From positions 1-14,964 of the forward strand of contig CAZJQD010000062.1 in NCBI GenBank assembly GCA_964548165.1: a stretch of 14,964 nucleotides of DNA, given 5' to 3'. The position numbers were made by a program, and so were the translations under genes. Below the pieces are notes generated by a model, which was not told the DNA's origin, searched no databases, and saw nothing but the letters and a program-made list of their open reading frames with translations. The DNA is from an uncultured bacterium (GTDB taxonomy: Bacteria > UBA8481). This document shows positions 7,660 through 14,964 of this stretch, in pieces. The stretch's first letter is position 1, and each line of letters opens with the position of its first letter.

Positions 7660-9570
7660 CTACCGCGCGTGGGCGTCCTCCAGGTAGGTGTACCCCGAGA
7701 GCCCCGACTCGTAGAAGCGAAGGAAAAGAGTCGCTTCCTCGACCGTCATCTTCTTGGCCCGGACGGCCTGCTCCACGTCCTTGCGGATCGCGTTGAGCAT
7801 CTCGTCGGGATTGTACTCCACGAAGGAGAGAACCTCGCGAACCGTGTCCCCCTTCACCACGTGGTCGATGGAGACCTCGCCGTCCTCGTCGATGGAGACG
7901 TGCACGGCGTTGGTGTCCCCGAGGAGGTTATGCAGGTCCCCGAGGATCTCCTGGTAGGCGCCGACGAGGAAGGCCGCGAGGTAGTAGTCCTTGCCGTCGT
8001 AGGGATGGAGTTCCAAGGTCTTCTTCACGTCGTGGAGCTCGATGAAGCGATCGATCTTGCCGTCAGAGTCGCAGGTGATGTCCGCGAGGATGGCCCGGCG
8101 CGTCGGTTCTTCCGTGAGCCGGTGGATGGGCATGATCGGGAAGAGCTGGCGGATGGCCCAGCTGTCCGGCATCGACTGGAAGATGGAGAAGTTGCAGAAG
8201 TAGGTGTCCGAGAGCTGGCTCTGGAGGTTCTCCATCTCCTCCGGCACGTGCTCCATGTCCTGCGTCATCTTCAGGATCCGCCCGCAGATCGACCAGTAGA
8301 GGCTCTCGACCTGGCACCGCTCCTTGAGGTTGAGGTGGCCGAGGTTGAAGAGGTTGAGCGCGTCCTCGCGGAGCTGTTGGGCGTCGTGGTAGACCTCGTT
8401 GACGTTCTTCGCCGTGATGGTCTTGGCGACCTCGAAGAGCTCCTTCAAGGGCATCGAGGCGTCCGGCAGGGGCGCCTCGGGAACGCGGAAGTCGTCGAAG
8501 CGGGCGACGCCGAGGACGTTGAAGATCAACGCGCTGTGGTAGGCCACGACGGCGCGGCCGGACTCGGAGATGATCGTCGGGTGGGGAATGCCCGCCTGGT
8601 CGCAAACGGACTTCACCCGGAAGACGATGTCGTTGGCATACTCCTGGAGCGTGTAGTTGACTGAGGACTCGAAGTTCGACTGCGAGCCGTCGTAGTCGAC
8701 GCCGAGCCCGCCGCCGACGTCGATGTAGCAGAGCCCGGCGCCGCTCTGCTTCAGCTCGGCGTAGATCCGGCAGGCCTCCGTCAGCGTCTCCTTGATCTTG
8801 CGGATGTTGGTGACCTGGCTCCCCATGTGGTAGTGCAAGAGCTTCATGCAGTCGGCCATGCCACGGTCCTGGAGGTACTGAAGCGCGTTGGAGACCTCCA
8901 TCACGGTCAGGCCGAACTTGGATCGGTATCCGGCCGAGAGCTCCCAGCGCCCCGACCCCTTGCTGGCCAGTTTAACCCGCACGCCCAGCTGGGGGCGCAC
9001 CTGGTGGATCTCGGCGTATTTCACGATCAGCTCGAGCTCGGTGAACTTCTCCACGACGGGGATGATGTTCCGGCCGATCTTCTGCGCCAGGATCACCGTC
9101 TCGATGAACTCGTCGTCCTTGAAGCCGTTGCAGATGATGGGGACCTTCATGCCGGCCGTGCACGCCAGGACGGCGAGGAGCTCGGGCTTGGAACCCGCCT
9201 CGATCCCGAAGCCATACTCCTTGCCGAAGTCGAGGATCTCCTCGACGACGTGTCTCTGCTGGTTGACCTTGATCGGGTAGACACAGCAGTACTCGCCGCG
9301 GAACTCGTACTCCTGGATCGCGTTGCGAAATGCCTGGGCCACGTCGCCGAGGCGGTGGCGGAGGATGTCGGTGAAGCGGATCAGGAGGGGCGCGGAGAGC
9401 CCGCGCAGCTCGAGCTGCTTGACGAGCTCAGGAAGGTTGATGGCGTGATCGGGACGCTTGTCCGGATGCACGGTGACATTGCCCTCGGGACTGACGGCGA
9501 AATAGCCCTGTCCCCAGTTCTTGATGTTGTAGCAGTCGATGGAATCCTGGACCGTCCACTTGATATCCAT
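7660..9570 (-). CDS. speA: Biosynthetic arginine decarboxylase (PLP-dependent, fold III)
   Basis: The 636-aa ORF begins with MDIKWTVQDSIDCYNIKNWGQGYFAVSPEGNVTVHP, which is the SpeA N-terminal signature. A YPIKVNQQRHVVE motif carries the PLP-binding Lys, and the Orn/Arg/DAP-decarboxylase barrel and C-terminal domain are present. Length matches SpeA (~630–660 aa). Confidence 0.95.
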   Translation of the reverse strand: MDIKWTVQDSIDCYNIKNWGQGYFAVSPEGNVTVHPDKRPDHAINLPELVKQLELRGLSAPLLIRFTDILRHRLGDVAQAFRNAIQEYEFRGEYCCVYPIKVNQQRHVVEEILDFGKEYGFGIEAGSKPELLAVLACTAGMKVPIICNGFKDDEFIETVILAQKIGRNIIPVVEKFTELELIVKYAEIHQVRPQLGVRVKLASKGSGRWELSAGYRSKFGLTVMEVSNALQYLQDRGMADCMKLLHYHMGSQVTNIRKIKETLTEACRIYAELKQSGAGLCYIDVGGGLGVDYDGSQSNFESSVNYTLQEYANDIVFRVKSVCDQAGIPHPTIISESGRAVVAYHSALIFNVLGVARFDDFRVPEAPLPDASMPLKELFEVAKTITAKNVNEVYHDAQQLREDALNLFNLGHLNLKERCQVESLYWSICGRILKMTQDMEHVPEEMENLQSQLSDTYFCNFSIFQSMPDSWAIRQLFPIMPIHRLTEEPTRRAILADITCDSDGKIDRFIELHDVKKTLELHPYDGKDYYLAAFLVGAYQEILGDLHNLLGDTNAVHVSIDEDGEVSIDHVVKGDTVREVLSFVEYNPDEMLNAIRKDVEQAVRAKKMTVEEATLFLRFYESGLSGYTYLEDAHAR

Positions 9571-9738
9571 GGTTGGCGAATCGTCTCCCGTCGGCGGTTC
9601 AACATGCTGCGGGCGGGAGCGACTCCGACCGGAGGCCGGGACCGTGACCCCGACCGATCGCGAACATTAGCGCCCGTCGTCGCTCGCGCAATACAAATAT
9701 GGCGTAGGGACGGCGATAAACTTGTTACACTTCTCACC
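9571..9738. promoter_or_regulatory. Divergent intergenic region (speA <- -> hypothetical/dsbD) containing an AT-rich island
   Basis: This 168-bp non-coding gap lies between two divergently oriented start codons. Positions ~9690–9738 (caatacaaatatggcgtagggacggcgataaacttgttacacttctcacc) are markedly AT-rich relative to the ~70 % GC background, as expected for promoter or regulatory DNA. No confident -35/-10 hexamers could be assigned. Confidence 0.3.
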
Positions 9739-10737
9739 ATGCTCCTCGGTCCGCACAGTCTCCTGGTCCTCGCCGTCCTTCTCGTGGGCGCCGGCTTGTA
9801 CCATCGCGAGACCGTGCCGACACCGGGCCTTACCCAGGCGGCCGCGGGGGTCGAGTCTCCCGTGTCGGTCGCGCCGCAGCCTGTCACACCGCCCGTGTCA
9901 GTCGCTCCGCAGGCGGGTGTCACCACCGCGCCCCTTCCGGCCACGCTCCAGGCCGCGATCGACCAGGCCCTCACGAGCGGTAATCCCGCGCCTCTTGGAA
10001 ACAGTCGCCTCCCGCGCCTCGGCGACCTCACCCCGCCTCAACTCGAAGGCGTCGCCCGACGCTTCGCCGCCTGGCCGGCTCCACGACGAGCCGCCGCCTT
10101 CGCCTTTCTCCTGGTCGGGACTCCCTACAGGAACGGACCCCTGGGCGAAGAGGCTCCTCCCGATACCGATCCCCTGTTCGCCACCCGCCCCGTCGACTGC
10201 GCCACCGTCAATCTCGTTGCCATGTCGCTCGCTCACGTCCCCGAGTCGGGCACCCCGCGCGAGGCCATGCGCCATGCGAACTATCGCCATGGGCGCATCG
10301 GCTACGCGACTCGCCTGCACTTCACGACTGACCGCCTCGACGTCAGCCCCTACAACAAGGACATCACGCGCCTCATCGGCGGCCGGGCGACGCGATCCCG
10401 CGTCGTCACGCTGAACCGCCGCCCGAACGGCACACCGTGGATTCCCATCGAGTGGCGACGAACGCGCAGGGTCTGGTACATCCCCATCGCCGAGGCGCGA
10501 AACTTCGCCGCTCGCTGGCGTGAAGGGCGCCTGCCGGAAGCGGTCGGCGTCGCCTTCGTTTCCGAAAGGATGATGGCCCAGGGGCTCGACGTGATCCACG
10601 AGTCGCTTCTCTGGCAGGGGCAGACCCTCCTGCACGGCTCCAGTAGCGCCGGCAGCGTCTCCACCGTGGACTGGAACCATTACCTGGACAGCCAGGGATC
10701 GCGCATCGACGGCGTGGTGGTCTTTGCGTATCGCTAG
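9739..10737 (+). CDS. Hypothetical membrane-anchored periplasmic protein: N-terminal TM helix, Pro-rich repeat linker, ~230-aa globular domain with single Cys (possible papain-like/NlpC-P60-superfamily-like hydrolase)
   Basis: The 332-aa ORF is the sense-strand portion of track ORF 8827..10737, which upstream of 9739 is antisense to speA. It starts MLLGPHSLLVLAVLLVGAGLY, a hydrophobic anchor. Residues 40–60 carry the PVSVAPQ repeat. The globular region has the motif GTPY-x(20)-VDCATVNLV followed by His residues (H179, H184, H194, H288), which is reminiscent of G-x-PY...DCSG-hydrophobic in NlpC/P60-like Cys hydrolases. Its 3' end overlaps dsbD by 14 bp. Confidence 0.65.
   Translation: MLLGPHSLLVLAVLLVGAGLYHRETVPTPGLTQAAAGVESPVSVAPQPVTPPVSVAPQAGVTTAPLPATLQAAIDQALTSGNPAPLGNSRLPRLGDLTPPQLEGVARRFAAWPAPRRAAAFAFLLVGTPYRNGPLGEEAPPDTDPLFATRPVDCATVNLVAMSLAHVPESGTPREAMRHANYRHGRIGYATRLHFTTDRLDVSPYNKDITRLIGGRATRSRVVTLNRRPNGTPWIPIEWRRTRRVWYIPIAEARNFAARWREGRLPEAVGVAFVSERMMAQGLDVIHESLLWQGQTLLHGSSSAGSVSTVDWNHYLDSQGSRIDGVVVFAYR
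9859..9924 (+). repeat. Imperfect 33-bp tandem duplication encoding PVSVAPQ(P/A)VT Pro-rich repeats
   Basis: cccgtgtcggtcgcgccgcag-cctgtcacaccg / cccgtgtcagtcgctccgcag-gcgggtgtcacc. It lies inside the linker of the hypothetical protein. Confidence 0.7.
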
Positions 10738-12664
10738 AGCCCTGATCGCCGCCGCGCTCCTTCTCGTCGGCATCGTCTCCACCGCGACAGCCTTCGGGCC
10801 TGCTCCGTTCGCCGTCACCGCGACGATCGCGAATGACCTCGCCCTCGCCAGCTCCGGCACCCTGGTCGTCACGCTTGACGTTCCACCCCATCTCCACGTC
10901 AACGCCGCCCGACCCACCTTCGACTACTTGATCCCGACCACGATCGCGGTCGAAGGCGCGCCTGGCCCAGGCGCGCCCGGGGTCCGGATCGGAACGCCGC
11001 GCTTCCCCTCCCCGAAGATGCTCGCCGTCGGGGGCATGAACGAGCCCATTGCCGTCTACGACGGCTCCGTCCGCATCCGCGTCCCAATCACGGTCGATCC
11101 CGCCGCCTCGCCCGGACCGCGCACGCTTCGCGGGACAGTCCGCTACCAGGCCTGCGACGACCAATCCTGCTATCCTCCCGTCGAGGTCGCCTTCACCACG
11201 ACCTTCACCGTAACCGACGCCCGGTCGCCGATCGCGGAGCCGGAGCCCGCGTTTCTCCTCCCGCCGCCCGCCGACGAACTTCCGGTCGACGATGCTCTCC
11301 CCCCCACCGCCGATACCGCGGGTTCCGCAGCCGGCGCGAGCGCCGTCCCGACCGCGGTCGTGCCCCTCCCCGGATCCACGCCCGGCCTCCCCCTCATGCT
11401 CCTCTTCGCCTTCCTCGGCGGACTCCTCCTCAACCTCATGCCCTGCGTCCTGCCCGTGCTCTCGCTCAAGATCATGAGCCTCATCAAGAACGCGCACGAA
11501 TCGCGCGGCCGAGCCGCCGCCCTGGGGCTCGCCTATACCGGAGGCGTCCTCGTCTCCTTCTGGTCCCTCGCCGCGCTCATCCTTGTCCTGCGATCCGCCG
11601 GCGCCGCGGTCGGCTGGGGCTTCCAGTTCCAGAATCCCCACTTCGTCACCGTCCTCTCCGGGATCGTCACCGCCTTCGCCCTGAGCCTCTTCGGCGCCTT
11701 CGAGATCAACCTGCCGGGCGCGGCGGGTACCCGCATGGCCGCGGCCTCCTCGCGCGAGGGCGTCCCGGGCGCCTTCCTCGGCGGCGTCTTCGCCACGCTC
11801 CTCGCGACGCCCTGCACGGCCCCCTTCCTCGGCGCCGCCATGGGGTTCGCCTTCGCCCAGCCTGCCGGCATTCTCATCGCCGCCTTCACCGCCGCCGCCC
11901 TCGGGCTCGCTCTCCCCTACCTCCTCCTTGTCATCACGCCCGCCGCTCGACGTCTCCTGCCGCGACCCGGCGCCTGGATGGAACGGCTCAAGCAGGGCTT
12001 CGGCTTCCTCATGCTCGCCACCCTCCTCTGGCTCTGGTTCGTCCTCGGCCAGCAGGCCGGCGTCCTCGCCCTCATCGCCGTCGCCGGCTGGAACCTCGTC
12101 GCCGCCTTCGCGATCTGGTCCTCCTTCGCCGCCGCCGGGCTCGATGCCGGCGCCGCGAAGCGATGGACGGCGCGCCTCGTCATGGTCGGAGTCATCGTCG
12201 GCAGTTGGTTCCTGCTCGTCTCTCCCGCGCTGGTCCCCGCGCCCGCCTCACCCGACGGCCGCACTCCCCTCAGCACATATGCCAGCATGGCCCCGGAAGA
12301 TATCCCGGCAGGCACCTGGATCCCCTACGACGCCGACCTCCTCGCGAAGCTTCGCGCCGCCGGCCGCACCGTCTTCGTCGATGCCACCGCCGACTGGTGC
12401 CTCACCTGCAAGGTCAACGAGCGCACCGTGCTCAAGACGGAGCGCATTCAAGAGGCCTTCCTCCGAGAGAACGTCGTCCTGATGATCGCCGACTGGACGC
12501 TCCAGGACCATGCGGTCACGGATCTGCTCGCCGGCTTCGGCCGCGCCGGCGTCCCGTTCTACGTCCTCTACCCGGGTACCGCGAATCCCATCACGCTCCC
12601 GGAATTGCTGACAGCCTCCATCGTCGAAGACGCTCTCGCCCGGGGTCGTCCCCCGACGCCCTGA
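10724..12664 (+). CDS. dsbD: Thiol:disulfide interchange protein DsbD (three-domain: DsbD-alpha, CcdA-like TM beta, thioredoxin-like gamma)
   Basis: The 646-aa ORF begins at a TTG start at 10724, followed by a signal peptide (RIARALIAAALLLVGIVSTATA-FG). The alpha-domain Cys pair is QACDDQSC (C144/C149). The TM core has the conserved Cys residues LMPCVLPVL and ATPCTAPFL. The C-terminal thioredoxin fold carries WCLTCK (CxxC). The exact start is uncertain, as there is no in-frame ATG nearby. Confidence 0.9.
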   Translation: MRIARALIAAALLLVGIVSTATAFGPAPFAVTATIANDLALASSGTLVVTLDVPPHLHVNAARPTFDYLIPTTIAVEGAPGPGAPGVRIGTPRFPSPKMLAVGGMNEPIAVYDGSVRIRVPITVDPAASPGPRTLRGTVRYQACDDQSCYPPVEVAFTTTFTVTDARSPIAEPEPAFLLPPPADELPVDDALPPTADTAGSAAGASAVPTAVVPLPGSTPGLPLMLLFAFLGGLLLNLMPCVLPVLSLKIMSLIKNAHESRGRAAALGLAYTGGVLVSFWSLAALILVLRSAGAAVGWGFQFQNPHFVTVLSGIVTAFALSLFGAFEINLPGAAGTRMAAASSREGVPGAFLGGVFATLLATPCTAPFLGAAMGFAFAQPAGILIAAFTAAALGLALPYLLLVITPAARRLLPRPGAWMERLKQGFGFLMLATLLWLWFVLGQQAGVLALIAVAGWNLVAAFAIWSSFAAAGLDAGAAKRWTARLVMVGVIVGSWFLLVSPALVPAPASPDGRTPLSTYASMAPEDIPAGTWIPYDADLLAKLRAAGRTVFVDATADWCLTCKVNERTVLKTERIQEAFLRENVVLMIADWTLQDHAVTDLLAGFGRAGVPFYVLYPGTANPITLPELLTASIVEDALARGRPPTP

Positions 12665-12677
12665 ACCACCACGCGGG

Positions 12678-12708
12678 TTGACAAGGCACAAAGAGCTGTT
12701 GTTTGATA
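12678..12708 (+). promoter_or_regulatory. Candidate sigma70-like promoter for the flotillin gene
   Basis: A perfect TTGACA sits at 12678–12683 in the 117-bp dsbD–flotillin gap. Downstream candidates TTTGAT or TTGATA lie at 12702–12708, giving an 18–19-nt spacer. The -10 is weak, so this is tentative. Confidence 0.3.
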
Positions 12709-12781
12709 GGCGCACACGTCCAGCTCACGCCGCCCGCCACGCTCTCCCGAACGATAGACGACATCCTTGCGGGGGTAGTTC

Positions 12782-14920
12782 ATGTCCACAATCATCGGCT
12801 TGATAGGCACGGTCATCGGCGGCCTCATACTCCTGGTCATCGTCTACGGTGTCCTGCGTCTCGTCGTCGGCTGGACCTATCGTATCCCCCAGCAAGGACA
12901 GGCCCTGGTCCGGACCGGCCTCGGCGGCATCAAGGTCGCCTACGAGAGCGGCATCTTCGTGATGCCCATCGTCCACAAGCTCGAGATCATGGACATCGGC
13001 ATCAAGCGCGTCGAGATTCACCGCCACGGGGCCACGGGCCTCATCTGCAAGGATAACCTCCGGGCCGACATCAAGGTCACCTTCTACGTGCGCGTCGATT
13101 CCAGCAACCCCATGAACACCGTGCACGTCGCCCAGACGCTCGGCTGCGTCCGCGCCTCCGACGCCCAGGTGCTCGCCGAGCTCTTCGAGCCCAAGTTCTC
13201 GGACGCCCTCAAGACGGCGGGACGCGAGTTCAACTTCGAGGACCTCTTGAACAAGCGCGTCGAACTGCGCACCGCCATCAAGCGCCACGTCGGCACCGAC
13301 CTCAACGGCTACGCGCTCGACGACGCCGCCATCGACCTCCTGGAACAGACAAAGGTCGAGATGCTCGATCCCAACAACATCCTCGACTCCGAAGGCATCA
13401 AGCTCATCACCGAGAGAACCGCGACGCAGTCCATCCTCACCAACGAGCGCAACCGCGATCGCGAGCGCGAGATCAACAAGAAGGACGTCGAGACCCGCGA
13501 GATCATCCTCGAGCAGAACCGCCAGCTCGCCGAGGCCGAGGAGAAGCAGAAGCGCGAGATCGCCTCGATCAAGGCGCGCGAGGACGCCGAGACCGTGCGG
13601 TTCCAGCAGGAACAGCGTCTCAAGGCCGAGAAGGCCCGCATCGCCTCGGACGAGGAGCTCCAGGTCGCCGAGGAGAATCGGAAGCGCCAGGTCATCGTGG
13701 CCGAGCGCAACCGCGAGTCCACGGACGCGGTCGAGAAGGTCCGGGTCGAGAAGAACCGCCAGATCGAGGACATCGAGCGCGACAAGATCGTCTCCCTCGC
13801 CGGGATCGAGAAGCAGAAGGTCGTGGAGACCGAGCAGAAGAACATCCAGGAGGTCATCCGCGCCCGCGTGATGGTCCAGAAGGACGTCGTGATCGAGGAG
13901 CAGAAGATCAAGGACACCGAGGCGTTCGCCACGGCCGATCGCGAGAAGAAGGTGCTGCTGACGATGGCCGAGGCCGAGGCCGAGCAGGCGGTCGTGAAGA
14001 ACATCAAGGCCGCCGAGGCCGCCAAGAAGACGGCCGAGCTCAAGGTCGACGCCGACGGCATCGTGCTCGTCCGGAACGCCGAGGCCGCCAAGAAGGCCGC
14101 GGAACTGAGAGCCGACCAGGACGTGCTCGTCGCGGTGAAGGGCGCGGAAGCCCAGAAGAAATCGGCCGAGCTCATCGCCGAGAAGGTCGTCATCGAGGCG
14201 GAAGGCGAGCAGAACGCGGCCGCCCGCATCTCCACCGGCAAGAAGGTCCTGGCCGAGGGCGTCTCGGCCGAGCAGGCGGCAACCGGGCTGGCCGAGGCGG
14301 CCGTCATTGAGGCAAAGGCGGCGGCGTTCGGCAAGCAGGGCCAGACCGAGGCCGAGGTCGCTCGCCTCAAGGCCCAGGCCGAGGCCGACGGGATCGTCAA
14401 GAAGGCCGAGGCCATGAAGCTCTTTCACGAGGCCGGGAAGGAGCACGAGGAGTTCAAGATCACGACGCAGACGGAGAAGGACATCGCCCTCGCCGAGATC
14501 GGCATCCGCAAGGATATCGCGGAAAGCCAGGCCAAGGTCGTCGGCGCCGCGCTCGCGAACGCTCGCGTCGATATCGTCGGCGGAGAGACCCAGTTCTTCG
14601 ACCGCATCGTCAACGCGGTTACGGGCGGCAAGGTCGTGGAGCGGACGATCGAGAACTCCCGGACGCTCTCAGGCCTTCGCGACACCCTCTTGGACGGCGA
14701 CCCCGAGGCCTGCCGCCACCGGATCCGGGAATGGGTCGGGCGGTTCGGCATCTCCTCCGAGGACCTGAAGAACCTCTCCATCGCCGCCGCGCTCACGCGC
14801 ATGCTCTCGCTCGCCGGCGATGCCGAATCCAAGAGGTCGGTCCGGGGACTCCTCAAGCAGGTGAAGGACGCGGGGATCGGCGAGGAACTCATCACGGGCA
14901 TCATCGGTAAGACCGAGTAA
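12782..14920 (+). CDS. Flotillin-family SPFH/Band-7 protein (YqiK/FloT-like) with extended coiled-coil
   Basis: The 712-aa ORF has an N-terminal TM helix (MSTIIGLIGTVIGGLILLVIVYGVL). The SPFH core (QALVRTGLGG...FVMPIVHK...DIKVTFYVRV) is followed by a very long E/A/K/R-rich coiled-coil with flotillin-type EA repeats. SD GGGGG sits 9 nt upstream of the ATG. Confidence 0.9.
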   Translation: MSTIIGLIGTVIGGLILLVIVYGVLRLVVGWTYRIPQQGQALVRTGLGGIKVAYESGIFVMPIVHKLEIMDIGIKRVEIHRHGATGLICKDNLRADIKVTFYVRVDSSNPMNTVHVAQTLGCVRASDAQVLAELFEPKFSDALKTAGREFNFEDLLNKRVELRTAIKRHVGTDLNGYALDDAAIDLLEQTKVEMLDPNNILDSEGIKLITERTATQSILTNERNRDREREINKKDVETREIILEQNRQLAEAEEKQKREIASIKAREDAETVRFQQEQRLKAEKARIASDEELQVAEENRKRQVIVAERNRESTDAVEKVRVEKNRQIEDIERDKIVSLAGIEKQKVVETEQKNIQEVIRARVMVQKDVVIEEQKIKDTEAFATADREKKVLLTMAEAEAEQAVVKNIKAAEAAKKTAELKVDADGIVLVRNAEAAKKAAELRADQDVLVAVKGAEAQKKSAELIAEKVVIEAEGEQNAAARISTGKKVLAEGVSAEQAATGLAEAAVIEAKAAAFGKQGQTEAEVARLKAQAEADGIVKKAEAMKLFHEAGKEHEEFKITTQTEKDIALAEIGIRKDIAESQAKVVGAALANARVDIVGGETQFFDRIVNAVTGGKVVERTIENSRTLSGLRDTLLDGDPEACRHRIREWVGRFGISSEDLKNLSIAAALTRMLSLAGDAESKRSVRGLLKQVKDAGIGEELITGIIGKTE
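14009..14209 (+). repeat. Three tandem ~66-bp (22-aa) coding repeats in the flotillin coiled-coil
   Basis: AEAAKKTAELKVDADGIVLVRN / AEAAKKAAELRADQDVLVAVKG / AEAQKKSAELIAEKVVIEAEG. The nucleotide units gccgccgaggccgccaagaagacggccgagctc... recur with ~66-bp period. Confidence 0.75.
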
Positions 14921-14964
14921 TCGCCGTCCGACGGATGGCTCCTGAAGACGCCAGGTTGATGCAC

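Noticed and set aside
7660-9570. Apparently lower GC (~58–62 %) of speA relative to neighbours, considered as a horizontal-transfer signal
   Set aside because: Spot counts in glgB and the flotillin gene gave similar values (63–65 %). The variation tracks amino-acid composition rather than a sharp compositional boundary. No flanking mobile-element genes or tRNA.
8827-9738. Upstream portion of the 636-aa plus-strand track ORF 8827..10737
   Set aside because: Only the segment from the ATG at 9739 onward is a plausible gene (hydrophobic anchor, own intergenic region). The upstream 300 codons are antisense to speA and have no features.
10406-11641. 411-aa minus-strand Gly/Arg/Asp-rich ORF antisense to dsbD, plus 339-aa ORF 9898..10917
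   Set aside because: They are antisense to confidently assigned dsbD and hypothetical genes. They have no motifs, and their composition reflects reverse-complemented GC-rich codons.
12725-14446. 573-aa and 368-aa minus-strand ORFs antisense to the flotillin gene
   Set aside because: They are the mirror image of the flotillin's GAG/GCC/AAG-rich coiled-coil. They translate to L/G/D- or S/A-rich low-complexity sequence, so they are an artefact of the sense gene's repeats and high GC.
1-14964. Scan for CRISPR arrays, IS/transposase ends, integrases, tRNA/rRNA genes
   Set aside because: No spaced direct-repeat arrays, no long terminal inverted repeats, and no cloverleaf-like or rRNA-like conserved segments were seen. 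The only repeats are short in-frame coding tandem repeats.

Overview
This is a high-GC (about 68–70 %) bacterial chromosomal segment with diderm features: a three-domain DsbD, a periplasmic binding protein with a signal-peptidase-I site, and a SIMPL periplasmic protein. It is densely coding and I found no rRNA, tRNA, CRISPR, transposase or integrase.

Seven genes run head-to-tail on the minus strand:
- MscS-like mechanosensitive channel, 5' part only, window-truncated (1–322)
- glgB glycogen branching enzyme (343–2574)
- MqnC/MqnE-family radical-SAM protein, overlapping glgB by ATGA (2571–3695)
- an unusual fusion of DUF2225 with a cyclic-nucleotide-binding domain (3770–5446)
- orphan MalE-like ABC substrate-binding protein (5468–6766)
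- SIMPL/BP26 periplasmic protein (6811–7548)
- speA biosynthetic arginine decarboxylase (7660–9570)

Across a 168-bp divergent intergenic region, three genes run on the plus strand:
- a membrane-anchored hypothetical protein with a Pro-rich linker and a single conserved Cys (9739–10737)
- dsbD, overlapping the hypothetical's 3' end by 14 bp (10724–12664)
- a long, 712-aa flotillin with 22-aa tandem coiled-coil repeats (12782–14920)

The items I think most deserve a second look:
- the DUF2225–cNMP fusion, a possible cAMP/cGMP receptor of unknown output
- the hypothetical-dsbD pair, possibly a periplasmic cysteine hydrolase kept reduced via DsbD
- the translational coupling of the radical-SAM gene with glgB
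- a terminator-like hairpin sitting inside the nominal 5' end of the MscS-like ORF, with an alternative GTG start

The many long antisense ORFs in the track (857, 573, 411 and 368 aa among them) are high-GC artefacts.

All assignments come from motif-level reading of the translations. I ran no database searches.
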